A DNA stretch of 64,000 nucleotides from Candidatus Babeliales bacterium (GTDB lineage: Bacteria; Babelota; Babeliae; Babelales; JABCYS01): assembly GCA_016929235.1 (NCBI GenBank), contig JAFGJD010000004.1, forward strand, positions 64,866 through 128,865. The letters are read 5' to 3'. Positions 29,783-38,874 of this stretch are shown here, piece after piece. Each line of letters begins with the position of its first letter. Positions within the stretch are counted from its first letter, which is position 1. The translations under genes were made by a program, and so were the position numbers. Under the pieces are notes generated by a model that ran no database searches, had not been told where the DNA came from, and worked only from the letters and a program-made list of their open reading frames with translations.

Positions 29783-30097
29783 ATGAACAAACCACTGTGC
29801 GACGAACAAAAAACCATAACTCTGCACAACAAAACCCATACAACACTCACTGCAAAAAACAAACGCATTGCAACATTTGGTCCGCACAAAGGGAAATGGA
29901 TTCTTTACAAAGAATATCATCTTGCGCCAGGGGAATCAGTCACAACAGAATTCTTTACTACCGACGAACATCAAATCTCAATTTATACCGGAACTAAAAA
30001 TGGTCCGGATAAATCGCTCTACATGATTCGCGATTTCGATCTCACCGATGGAGACCATCTTGCACTCAGTGATGAGAGCTATACACTACTTAAATAA
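29783..30097 (+). CDS. Hypothetical protein (104 aa, orphan, no signal peptide)
   Basis: The ORF has an AAGGA-like SD, sits between the divergent polA and priA, and has no competing gene. I recognised no motif. Confidence 0.45.
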   Translation: MNKPLCDEQKTITLHNKTHTTLTAKNKRIATFGPHKGKWILYKEYHLAPGESVTTEFFTTDEHQISIYTGTKNGPDKSLYMIRDFDLTDGDHLALSDESYTLLK

Positions 30098-30133
30098 TAG
30101 CTAATATCATTTTGCATAACAGATTTATATAAC

Positions 30134-32101
30134 ATGTACATCACGGTTCGCCTGCTCAATGGATTCAAAAAACCACTCACATATCGCGTTCCCGAATCAT
30201 ATGCTGATACCGTGGGTGTAGGATCGTTGGTATCGGTCCCCTTACGCACCCAAAAAGTGTCTGCTCTTGTAACACACATACATACGATCCTGAATGTCAT
30301 GCCCACATACACCATACAACCAATCGTTGGGCTAGAACGACTTCCAAACGATCAGCACTATCAAACGTTTTTACAAAGGCTAGCATATCTCTATCACACA
30401 GAGCCGATGCATTTTATAAAACGATTACAGAGTTTTATCTCGCTGAAACCAAATACTGATGAATCCCTCAAATCAATTGCATGCGAAACTCATATACCCT
30501 TTACTCTCACCACAGAACAAGCCTCCTGTGTAGAAGCTATTCGACCCGCGCTTATCACACCTCACTTTATGCCGACAGTTCTTCATGGTGTAACTGGATC
30601 AGGCAAGACAGCATGCTACTGCGAGCTGATAAAAACTGCGCATAATCAAAATAAAACCTCATTATTCCTTCTCCCAGAAGTTAGCCTCGCTGTATCCTTT
30701 GTACAACGATTACAAACTGTTCTGCCTCATATACCTATTATGAGTTTTCATTCTGCAGTATCTACAAAAGAAAAACGTCTATTATGGCAGATGCTCCTAG
30801 ATGGCGCACCCATAGTAATAGTTGGTGTTCACTTGCCGATCCTTCTACCAATTGAGAATCTCGGCTTAATCATTGTTGATGAAGAACACGAAGTCGGATT
30901 CCAAGAAAAAAAACATCCCAAAATTAACTCAAAGGAAGCCGCACTTGTTAGGGCTGCACACACAAACATTCCCATCATCTTAGGATCCGCAACACCGTCT
31001 ATAACATCACTTTCGAACATAAAACATAAAAAGTGGCATTATTTTCAATTGACAAAACGTTTTGCTGGGACATTTCCTAAGATCACATTCGCATCATTAA
31101 AGGATAAAAAACTGCGGCACCACTTCTGGGTGACATCGCCGCTGCATAATGCGATCCATAAACGTCTCGCCAATCGTGAACAAACAATAATATTCCTGAA
31201 TCGTCGTGGGTACAGCTTTTTTATGCAATGTAAATCATGCAGTTTTATTTTTTCATGCAATAACTGTTCAGTCAGCTTAACCGTGCATGCAGAAGGTCGT
31301 CTTACATGCCATTATTGTAACAGCTCCCGCCCAGTTCCAACGCAGTGTCCTTCGTGTAAAAATACCGAGTTTCTTTCTAAGGGAATAGGAACACAACAAG
31401 TCGTTACGGTGCTACAAACATTTTTCCCCCACGCACGGATAGAACGTGCTGATCTTGACACAACTTCACATAAAAAACGCTGGAATGACACTGTTAATCG
31501 CATGCTTAATAACAAATTAGACATCCTTGTTGGAACACAAACGATTACTAAGGGATATCATTTTCCCAACGTAACGTTAGTCGGCATTTTATGGGCTGAC
31601 AGCAATCTTCATTTTCCGCTCTTTAATGCATCAGAAACAGCCTTACAGCAATTGATCCAGGTCGCAGGCCGAGCTGGGAGAAGTGAATTACAGAGTGAGG
31701 TAATCGTGCAAACAATGGACGATCACCCTGTTCTGCAATTTGTTGACGAATCAAAATATCTTGATTTTTATGAACGCGAGCTATCTCATCGTCAACTACT
31801 TGGCTATCCACCGTGCCAGCGCCTTGTTGAGCTTGAAGTTAAACATAGCAAAGAACAAATTGTTGACCGTGATACGCATACACTTGTGGAACGCTTGAAG
31901 GAACAGGCACAAAAAGATAAAGCTTTAATCACCATTTTGGGACCCTCCAAACCTCCACTCCATAGGATCAAAAAAATATATATACGCAAGATCTATATTA
32001 AAGGAAAAAGATTTCATGACATACACGCGTGTTATAGCCATCTTAATCTATATGATTTGGACAGCACGGTACATTTCACACTGAATCCCGTAACACTCTA
32101 A
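30134..32101 (+). CDS. priA: Primosomal protein N' (replication restart helicase PriA)
   Basis: Walker A GVTGSGKT and a DEEH box (IIVDEEHE). The Cys-rich zinc insertion reads CKSC..CNNC..CHYC..CPSC. Confidence 0.93.
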   Translation: MYITVRLLNGFKKPLTYRVPESYADTVGVGSLVSVPLRTQKVSALVTHIHTILNVMPTYTIQPIVGLERLPNDQHYQTFLQRLAYLYHTEPMHFIKRLQSFISLKPNTDESLKSIACETHIPFTLTTEQASCVEAIRPALITPHFMPTVLHGVTGSGKTACYCELIKTAHNQNKTSLFLLPEVSLAVSFVQRLQTVLPHIPIMSFHSAVSTKEKRLLWQMLLDGAPIVIVGVHLPILLPIENLGLIIVDEEHEVGFQEKKHPKINSKEAALVRAAHTNIPIILGSATPSITSLSNIKHKKWHYFQLTKRFAGTFPKITFASLKDKKLRHHFWVTSPLHNAIHKRLANREQTIIFLNRRGYSFFMQCKSCSFIFSCNNCSVSLTVHAEGRLTCHYCNSSRPVPTQCPSCKNTEFLSKGIGTQQVVTVLQTFFPHARIERADLDTTSHKKRWNDTVNRMLNNKLDILVGTQTITKGYHFPNVTLVGILWADSNLHFPLFNASETALQQLIQVAGRAGRSELQSEVIVQTMDDHPVLQFVDESKYLDFYERELSHRQLLGYPPCQRLVELEVKHSKEQIVDRDTHTLVERLKEQAQKDKALITILGPSKPPLHRIKKIYIRKIYIKGKRFHDIHACYSHLNLYDLDSTVHFTLNPVTL

Positions 32102-32655
32102 AGCATACCAGCAGGGATAAAGAAAGTATCGCGATAAAATTTCAACTCATTAATTGACTCATAGATATCTGGTTGCGCACGATGCAACTCTTTTTTGACG
32201 AAAGCTGTTTCTGGCTCAATTTGATACCAACGCTTAACCAGTTCCTTAATAGAAGAAACATCCACAATACGATAGTTAGTAAATGCATCAACCTTAGGCA
32301 TTTCACGCCTTAAGAACATACGATCAGACCAAACGGAGTTACCACATAAAGGAGATATGCGAGGGAAGCAATACTCTTCGAGAAATGCTAACGTTTGCTC
32401 CTCAGCTTGTTCTAATGTCGTTTGAGATTGGTGCACATCGTAGATAAGCTCTGATCTCTTGTGTTGTTTTTGACACCACTCACCCATCGCTTCAATAACT
32501 GTTTTTGGCTTGTGGATGACTAACGCTGGGCCTTCAGCAACAACATTGAGTTCTGCATCAGTTACCACTGACGCAATCTCTAAGATAGTATCATTCTCGA
32601 AATCGAGACCCGTCATCTCGCAATCAATCCAGATCATATTATTTTTGTGTTTCAT
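32098..32655 (-). CDS. orn: Oligoribonuclease
   Basis: MIWIDCEMTGLD is the DEDDh exonuclease motif I. 185 aa. The 3' end overlaps the priA stop by 4 nt (convergent). Confidence 0.93.
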   Translation of the reverse strand: MKHKNNMIWIDCEMTGLDFENDTILEIASVVTDAELNVVAEGPALVIHKPKTVIEAMGEWCQKQHKRSELIYDVHQSQTTLEQAEEQTLAFLEEYCFPRISPLCGNSVWSDRMFLRREMPKVDAFTNYRIVDVSSIKELVKRWYQIEPETAFVKKELHRAQPDIYESINELKFYRDTFFIPAGML

Positions 32656-32730
32656 GCTGCCCCTTTATTTTATGTAAATCATAAGCAAGTATATGGCAGC
32701 ACATGAAAGAAAAGCTAGAGAACTCTTATT

Positions 32731-33210
32731 TTAAACAAGACAATCGATATCATGGTCAAACAAAACATCAGGATCATCCTGAGGCTGCCAGTCTCCCGGA
32801 TCACTCAACTCACTTTCACTACCATCCCCTTTTTGGATAGCAGATGAATCTGCTCTAGCAGGAGCCGCTTGTTTACGCATTTTCACGAAGAAGGCATCTG
32901 TGAAAGCTGCATTGGGATCTGAAAACCACCTATTCACCAAGGCAACCAAGCGATCCCACTGTTTCGTACACAGCATTGGTGAGCCTGAAATCTCACATTG
33001 GGGAAACATAGTATCTATGTATTTTCGAAGCTCGTCTTGTTCAACGGCCTCAATCAAAGCACAGATAGACTTGACCTCAGTCATTTCCCTATAGCCACCC
33101 AGGAGTACAGCTTGGCCAAGTCGCTGCACTCGTAGCACAACATCAGCCTTTACTAAAAAAACACTAAATACCAACGCAAGCGCGAACACCCCACTTGTCT
33201 TATTTATCAT
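32731..33210 (-). CDS. Hypothetical secreted protein (orphan)
   Basis: ATG 33210 has a GAGGA SD. Signal-like MINKTSGVFALALVFSVFLVKA, with an acidic C-terminus. The ORF-track TTG start at 33285 is less plausible. Confidence 0.55.
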   Translation of the reverse strand: MINKTSGVFALALVFSVFLVKADVVLRVQRLGQAVLLGGYREMTEVKSICALIEAVEQDELRKYIDTMFPQCEISGSPMLCTKQWDRLVALVNRWFSDPNAAFTDAFFVKMRKQAAPARADSSAIQKGDGSESELSDPGDWQPQDDPDVLFDHDIDCLV

Positions 33211-33307
33211 AATGTCCTCTGCAAAAAAATCGTAAAAATGTGAGAAGGAGGTTACATCATAGTATAAAAAAATCGAAAACCGCAAGCTAGAGGGGCATAT
33301 AAGCGTT

Positions 33308-35104
33308 TTAAACTGAACGCTTTCTCATCGTTTCTTTAAGAATTTTCTTGCGCAAATGAATGCTATCTGGCGTTACTTCAATCAACTCATCAGGCTTAAT
33401 CCATTCCATAGCAGCCTCAAGCTCCATAATTTTTGGTGGAGCCAATTTCACGGATTCATCAGTTCCTGAAGACCGCATATTTGTAAGTTTCTTTTCTTTG
33501 CATGGATTAACAGCAAGATCATTTTCTCGTGTATGTTCGCCAATAATCATACCTTCATATACATTCTCTGTTGGAGCAATAAATAAGATTCCGCGAGGCT
33601 GTAGTGCATCCAGTGCATAGGCACGGGCTGTTCCGGTTGCCATAGAAACAAGCGCACCTTTTGTTCGGGTCGGAATGTCACCTTTATACGGTTTATAACC
33701 ATGGAAAATATAGTTCATCACTCCAGATCCGCGGGTATCAGTGAGAAATTGCCCCCGAAAACCAAGAAGTCCTCGCGATGGAATCTCAAACTCCAGTCTA
33801 ACCCGGTCATCATAATGGTGAATATGTTTCAGTTCTGCTTTGCGCTTACCAAGCTTCTCTATTATGACACCCTGGTGTTCACCCTGCACATCGATAGTAA
33901 GTAATTCTATTGGCTCACATCTCACGCCATCAATTGTCTTGTAGACCACTTCCGGGGCAGAAACCTGTAGTTCAAAACCTTCGCGACGCATATTTTCAAT
34001 CAAAATTCCCAAATGCAACTGTCCTCGACCAGAAACTTTAAATACATCGGGAGATGGCATCTGCTCGACCCGTAACGCAACATTTGTTTTCAATTCTTTT
34101 TCAAGTCTCTCTTTGATTTGGCGTGACGTGAGCAACTTTCCTTCGCGACCATTGAATGGCGAATCGTTTACCATAAAATACATGGTCATGGTTGGCTCAT
34201 CGATTGCTACGGTCGTACGGGGAAGAGGTTTGCCTGGCTCACAAATCGTTGTGCCAATAGCTATATCCTCAGTGAACCCTGTCATAGCAATAATATCACC
34301 GCTGTGTGCTTCAGGCGATTCTACCTTATCAAGACCCTCAAATCGATAGATTTTGGTCACCTTCATCGGTCGACTTACATACATATCTTTACAACAAATA
34401 AATTGTTGCCCTACAGAAATGGATCCGCTAAATACTCGACCTATTGCAATTGGGCCAAGAAAGTCTGAATATCCGAGCGAGGTTATAAGAAATTGCAGAC
34501 TTTTCTCATAACCTGTTGGCGCAGGAATTTGCTCTACAATGGTATCAAGGAGAATTTTCATATCACCATGGCGAGCAGAACTATCGTCAGTTACATAGCC
34601 ATTCTTTGAAGATCCGTAGAGTGTAACAAAATCTAGTTGTTCATCACTTGTTGCACACTCTAAAAATAAATGGTGAACATCATCTTCTGTCCGTTTAATA
34701 TCGGCATCCTTACGGTCAATCTTATTGATCAGAACGATAGGCTTAAGATTCAAGGCAAGAGCCTTTTGCAAAACGAAGCGGGTCCCTGGCAAGACTCCTT
34801 CTGCTGCGTCAACCAATAATAAAAAACCTTCAACCATTTGTAATGTTCGCTCAACTTCACCACCAAAGTCAGTATGCCCTGGGGTATCAACAATATTGAT
34901 TTTATGGCCAGCGTATTTAATACCAGTATTTTTAGCCAAGATTGTAATGCCACGTTCTTTTTCAAGAGCATCACTATCCATAACTCGATCGGAGTTATCC
35001 AATAAAATTGTCCCTGTATATTGCAGGAGTTTATCCACAAGAGTCGTTTTCCCATGATCAACATGGGCAATAATAGCAATATTTCTAATTTTTGATGTCA
35101 TCAT
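33308..35104 (-). CDS. typA: Translational GTPase TypA/BipA
   Basis: IRNIAIIAHVDHGKTTLVD, DTPGHTDF and NKIDR. EF-G-like domain order, 598 aa. Confidence 0.96.
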   Translation of the reverse strand: MMTSKIRNIAIIAHVDHGKTTLVDKLLQYTGTILLDNSDRVMDSDALEKERGITILAKNTGIKYAGHKINIVDTPGHTDFGGEVERTLQMVEGFLLLVDAAEGVLPGTRFVLQKALALNLKPIVLINKIDRKDADIKRTEDDVHHLFLECATSDEQLDFVTLYGSSKNGYVTDDSSARHGDMKILLDTIVEQIPAPTGYEKSLQFLITSLGYSDFLGPIAIGRVFSGSISVGQQFICCKDMYVSRPMKVTKIYRFEGLDKVESPEAHSGDIIAMTGFTEDIAIGTTICEPGKPLPRTTVAIDEPTMTMYFMVNDSPFNGREGKLLTSRQIKERLEKELKTNVALRVEQMPSPDVFKVSGRGQLHLGILIENMRREGFELQVSAPEVVYKTIDGVRCEPIELLTIDVQGEHQGVIIEKLGKRKAELKHIHHYDDRVRLEFEIPSRGLLGFRGQFLTDTRGSGVMNYIFHGYKPYKGDIPTRTKGALVSMATGTARAYALDALQPRGILFIAPTENVYEGMIIGEHTRENDLAVNPCKEKKLTNMRSSGTDESVKLAPPKIMELEAAMEWIKPDELIEVTPDSIHLRKKILKETMRKRSV

Positions 35105-35282
35105 TGATACACACTTGATAGTAAAAGGTCTTATTAACTAACATCACTTCGCTCTCCTCTGAACTATAGAGAACCACAAGGCGGGCGGGTTCTTCACTGA
35201 TCATCCACACACCTAAAAGCCTCCCTGCCCCTCAGAATGGGTCTACACAGCCCGAGATCTTTTTAAAAAATAGAGAACATAT

Positions 35283-35311
35283 TTGAGGAAAAGGCTTTAT
35301 CATAGTATAAA
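35283..35311 (+). promoter_or_regulatory. Candidate sigma70-type promoter for ddl (TTGAGG-17 nt-TATAAA)
   Basis: -35 at 35283-35288 and -10 at 35306-35311, about 50 nt upstream of ATG 35362. Pattern match only. Confidence 0.3.
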
Positions 35312-35361
35312 AATGGGCGGAACAATACAAGTATCTGGCCATTTCAAAGCCCCTGGAAGGT

Positions 35362-37581
35362 ATGATTATGTCTCGTATACGCGTCGGAGTTTTAATGGGC
35401 GGCCGCTCGGTCGAAAAAGAGGTCTCATTTAATTCTGGACGAACTATATGTGACCATCTAGATACAACACGATTTGATGTTATTCCCTTGTTCCAAACAG
35501 ACACAAACCAACTCTTCATCCTGCCATGGCGCTTTTTGTATCGCGGTAAAATCGTCGACTTTTCTTCAAGATTGGAGGCCGAGGCGCAACGGATTTCATG
35601 GGACATACTCCCAGAGCATATTGATTTTGTCTATATTGCAACACATGGCCGTTATGCAGAAGATGGAACGCTTCAGGCGTTTTTGGAGATTTTAGGTCTC
35701 CCTTATTTGGGATCGAAGGTATATGCAAGCGCACTCGGAATGGACAAGATACAACAAAAAGCCGTGCTAAAAATGCACAATATTGATGTCCCTCGCGACC
35801 TCGTTGTTATGCCCCACGACCTTAAACAACCACTAGAATCATGGGTGAGAAAACTCGAAGAACACGAGCTTACCTTCCCCCTCATTATCAAGCCATACAA
35901 GGAAGGCTCAAGCTTGGGAATGACGGTCATACAAAAACCAGATGATCTTATCTCGGCCCTCATGTATGCAAGCACTATCCACCCGGGAACAATGCAGCCC
36001 GTTCTGATCGAAGAAATAATCTCGGGTATGGAATTCACATGCATCACTCTAACAAACTATTCAGCAGGCAGGGCTTTTTCTCTTCCGCCAACAGAAATTA
36101 TAGCCGAGGCCGGCACAGCATTTTTTGATTATGAACAAAAATACATGCCGGGACGAGCTACAAAATACACTCCAGCCCGATGCTCGAAAATTCTACTTAC
36201 CAAGATACAAGAAACATGTATCAACGTAATGAATATTCTGGGCATGCAAAACCTAGCACGCATTGATGGGTTTGTTACACAAGATAAACGCATTGTTATC
36301 ATTGATCCCAATACCTTATCCGGCATGGCACCATCAAGTTTCTTGTTTAGACAGGCAGCTGAAGCAGGCATGGGACACGCTGATCTGATTAATCATCTCA
36401 TCGATACAGAACTGCACATGTACGGAATAAAAACTATGACTACAAATAAACATTCCAATGCACAGGATAAAAAATTGCGCATTGCTGTCATCCTCGGTGG
36501 CCGTTCAAATGAAAAGGAAATTTCACTAGAAAGTGGTCGCAACATTACTTACAAACTTGCACCAGCAAAATATGAAGTAATACCCCTATTCCTGAATGAC
36601 GATATGAAGCTATATCCTCTTTCACAACAATTACTCGTGCGTCATTCAACCAAAGAAATCAAAGATGGCTTATCCGATATGCAACCTATTACATGGGAAT
36701 CACTCAAAGACTGTGTTGATTTTGCCTTCTTAGGTCTTCACGGAGGCGAAGGTGAAAATGGTACCATACAAGGAACACTTGAATTTCTTGGCATCCCATA
36801 CAATGGCTCATCAATCATGGCAAGCGCACTATGTATGGATAAATATAAAAGTAATATGATGCTGAAACATCATGGCATTGCTGTCCCCGAAGCGCGCCTA
36901 ATTGCTCGAAATGAGTGGAATAAGAACACATCACTCATCTTACAACAACTACAGTCATTTCCATACATCGTTAAGCCCCATGATGACGGTTGTAGCGTTT
37001 TGGTACATAAAAGTCACAATAAAGCTGAACTATCACATGCCCTCGAAGAAATTTTCCTCACAAAGGACCATGCACTACTAGAAGAATGTATTGTTGGTAT
37101 GGAGTTAACCGTAGGTGTTATTGGTAATGACATCCCGTACGCACTACCGCCAAGCCGTGCGGTCGCACAGGCTGCAATTCTAAGTATCGAAGAAAAATTC
37201 TTACCGGGCGCCGGAGAAAATCAAACACCTGCACCTCTTTCTCCAGCAACTCTTGCATTCATCAAGAGCACAATAGAAAACGCATATACACTCTTGGGAT
37301 GTAAAGGCTATGCACGAATTGACTGTTTCTATCAAGATGCACAACAAAGTCCTTCAGGCCAAGAACGTGTTATTGTTTTAGAAACAAACACCCTTCCTGC
37401 TCTCACACCGGCAACAGTTTTGTTCCATCAGGCAGCTGAAATAGGACTCAAGCCTATGGATGTCTTAGATACGATCATAGAATTAGGACTAGAAGCTCAT
37501 GTTACCGAATATCAAGCAAAACATTCTCTGCTTACAAAACTCGATAATCAAAGACGTTTAGCTAGAAATGAAAGTGCATGA
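35362..37581 (+). CDS. ddl: Tandem D-alanine--D-alanine ligase (two complete ATP-grasp Ddl modules in one polypeptide)
   Basis: Module 1 (aa ~4-356): GGRSVEKEVS, HGRYAEDGTLQ, IKPYKEGSSLGM, DYEQKYMPG, ARIDGF, DPNTLSGM. Module 2 (aa ~371-713): GGRSNEKEIS, HGGEGENGTIQ, VKPHDDGCSVLV, IEEKFLPG, ARIDCF, ETNTLPALT. Confidence 0.9.
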   Translation: MIMSRIRVGVLMGGRSVEKEVSFNSGRTICDHLDTTRFDVIPLFQTDTNQLFILPWRFLYRGKIVDFSSRLEAEAQRISWDILPEHIDFVYIATHGRYAEDGTLQAFLEILGLPYLGSKVYASALGMDKIQQKAVLKMHNIDVPRDLVVMPHDLKQPLESWVRKLEEHELTFPLIIKPYKEGSSLGMTVIQKPDDLISALMYASTIHPGTMQPVLIEEIISGMEFTCITLTNYSAGRAFSLPPTEIIAEAGTAFFDYEQKYMPGRATKYTPARCSKILLTKIQETCINVMNILGMQNLARIDGFVTQDKRIVIIDPNTLSGMAPSSFLFRQAAEAGMGHADLINHLIDTELHMYGIKTMTTNKHSNAQDKKLRIAVILGGRSNEKEISLESGRNITYKLAPAKYEVIPLFLNDDMKLYPLSQQLLVRHSTKEIKDGLSDMQPITWESLKDCVDFAFLGLHGGEGENGTIQGTLEFLGIPYNGSSIMASALCMDKYKSNMMLKHHGIAVPEARLIARNEWNKNTSLILQQLQSFPYIVKPHDDGCSVLVHKSHNKAELSHALEEIFLTKDHALLEECIVGMELTVGVIGNDIPYALPPSRAVAQAAILSIEEKFLPGAGENQTPAPLSPATLAFIKSTIENAYTLLGCKGYARIDCFYQDAQQSPSGQERVIVLETNTLPALTPATVLFHQAAEIGLKPMDVLDTIIELGLEAHVTEYQAKHSLLTKLDNQRRLARNESA

Positions 37582-38162
37582 CGTAGTAGCACATCAAATG
37601 CTAAATCTTTCTCAGCATACTGTTCGTTAATATGCTGCATTGCTCTCGAAATTTCTTGGCGCGAATAATTTAATGAACTGAGTGCTTCTGCAACTTCATG
37701 GCGCTGCAGTGTTGCCTGTGTACCACCAATAGCTATTCCAGACTTAATAAGCGCAGCAATTTTAGGTTCCATGTGCACAATCAACTGTTCCGCTTTTCGC
37801 GTCCCGATACCCGGAACACGACTCATTGCTGTTGCATCTCGTGCGGTGACAATCCCTATCAGCTCTTCTGGTTTCATGGCACATAGAACTGCAAGGGCAA
37901 GTCGAGGGCCAACGCCCGAGCAACTAACAAGAAGACAAAATAACTGTTTTTCTAGTAAAGTCGAAAATCCATACAATGACGGACCTTGTTCAGCGTTCCA
38001 GTGCATAACAACTTCAAGTTCAACCTCAGAACCCTTGGAAAATTGGTGAGCTCGTGCTACCGCTACCTCCCAACCGAGACCCCCTTTTCCATCAATTCCA
38101 GGAAGTATCGTGATTGCCTGTTCTCCTACACGTGCAACATGTCCTTTAATATAAGAAATCAT
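37548..38162 (-). CDS. ruvA: Holliday junction DNA helicase subunit RuvA
   Basis: MISYIKGHV N-terminal OB domain and HhH motifs (VSCSGVGPRLALAVL, VPGIGTRKAEQLI). The 3' end overlaps the ddl 3' end by 34 nt (convergent). Confidence 0.93.
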   Translation of the reverse strand: MISYIKGHVARVGEQAITILPGIDGKGGLGWEVAVARAHQFSKGSEVELEVVMHWNAEQGPSLYGFSTLLEKQLFCLLVSCSGVGPRLALAVLCAMKPEELIGIVTARDATAMSRVPGIGTRKAEQLIVHMEPKIAALIKSGIAIGGTQATLQRHEVAEALSSLNYSRQEISRAMQHINEQYAEKDLAFDVLLRHALSFLAKRL

Positions 38163-38259
38163 TGAAAATCCTCTCGCATGAGGGGCAAGTGTAGCAAAAA
38201 ATACCTCTTAGTGTACATTGACAGTATGACCATTTCTGGTACCTTTTTCGACATCCTCT

Positions 38260-38335
38260 GCGGGAATAGCTCAGCTGGTAGAGCGTTGCCTTGCCAAGGC
38301 AAAGGTCGCGGGTTCAAATCCCGTTTCCCGCTCCA
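38260..38335 (+). tRNA. tRNA-Gly (anticodon GCC), CCA encoded
   Basis: The cloverleaf was read by eye. Acceptor GCGGGAA/TTCCCGC, D-arm GCTC/GAGC, anticodon stem TTGCC/GGCAA with loop TTGCCAA, T-arm GCGGG-TTCAAAT-CCCGT, discriminator U, then CCA. Confidence 0.95.
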
Positions 38336-38451
38336 AAAATCTCAGTATATGAGCAGCTTCAGGTGTTTGAAACTTATCAGGAAACTTGTTACAGTCGAAA
38401 TCTATATACCCAGAATGGGGTAAAGTATGTGCATTATTGAGAAAGGTCTCG

Positions 38452-38850
38452 ATGAGATCCATTGTTCAAGAAGCGTCCTCCATTGCTAAAGCAATAGAAA
38501 AAGGATGGATTAAAGCCGGAAAGCCACGGGATTTCACTATCAGAATCTATGAAGAGCCAAAAAAATGGCTTTTCTGGTTTACCAGCGCCCCTGCTAAGAT
38601 TGGCATCATTATTCCAGATAGATATCAGGGAGGGCGAGGGCGACGTCCAAGACGTTATAATTCCTTTCAAAAAAGACCCGCCAATTATAGAAGAAACGAG
38701 CAAGGCCAACAGGACCCAAGGAGACGAGATACATATAAACAGCAGGATATTTTCTCCAAGGGGTCTCAAGAGGGACGTCCCGCAGGTAGTAGCAGCGATT
38801 CAAAGCCGCGACGACCACGCCGATGGTATAAACCATCAAATAAAAAATAG
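38452..38850 (+). CDS. Jag_N-domain protein with Arg-rich disordered tail (truncated Jag/KhpB-like)
   Basis: ATG 38452. The N-terminal MRSIVQEASSIAKAIEKGWIKAGKPRDFTIRIYEEPKK matches the Jag N-terminal domain pattern. It sits immediately upstream of mnmE, which is conserved jag-mnmE synteny. The remaining ~80 aa are an R/Q/P-rich tail with no KH or R3H motifs. Confidence 0.6.
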   Translation: MRSIVQEASSIAKAIEKGWIKAGKPRDFTIRIYEEPKKWLFWFTSAPAKIGIIIPDRYQGGRGRRPRRYNSFQKRPANYRRNEQGQQDPRRRDTYKQQDIFSKGSQEGRPAGSSSDSKPRRPRRWYKPSNKK

Positions 38851-38874
38851 CCTAATTTAAATTAGAAGCATCGC

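Noticed and set aside
33255-33269. 15-mer ATCATAGTATAAAAA shared between 33255-33269 and 35299-35313 (ddl promoter region)
   Set aside because: It is short and AT-rich, with different contexts and likely different functional strands. It is probably coincidental -10-like sequence.
35232-35606. 124-aa minus-strand ORF spanning the typA-ddl intergenic region and the ddl 5' end
   Set aside because: It overlaps the well-supported ddl start and the candidate promoter. It has no SD and no recognisable motif.
38434-38860. Three alternative-frame ORFs (38434..38769 -, 38549..38860 +, 38609..38839 -) over the Arg-rich tail region
   Set aside because: They are frame shadows of the purine-rich, low-complexity sequence. 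Only the frame starting at 38452 has the Jag_N-like N-terminus and the synteny with mnmE.
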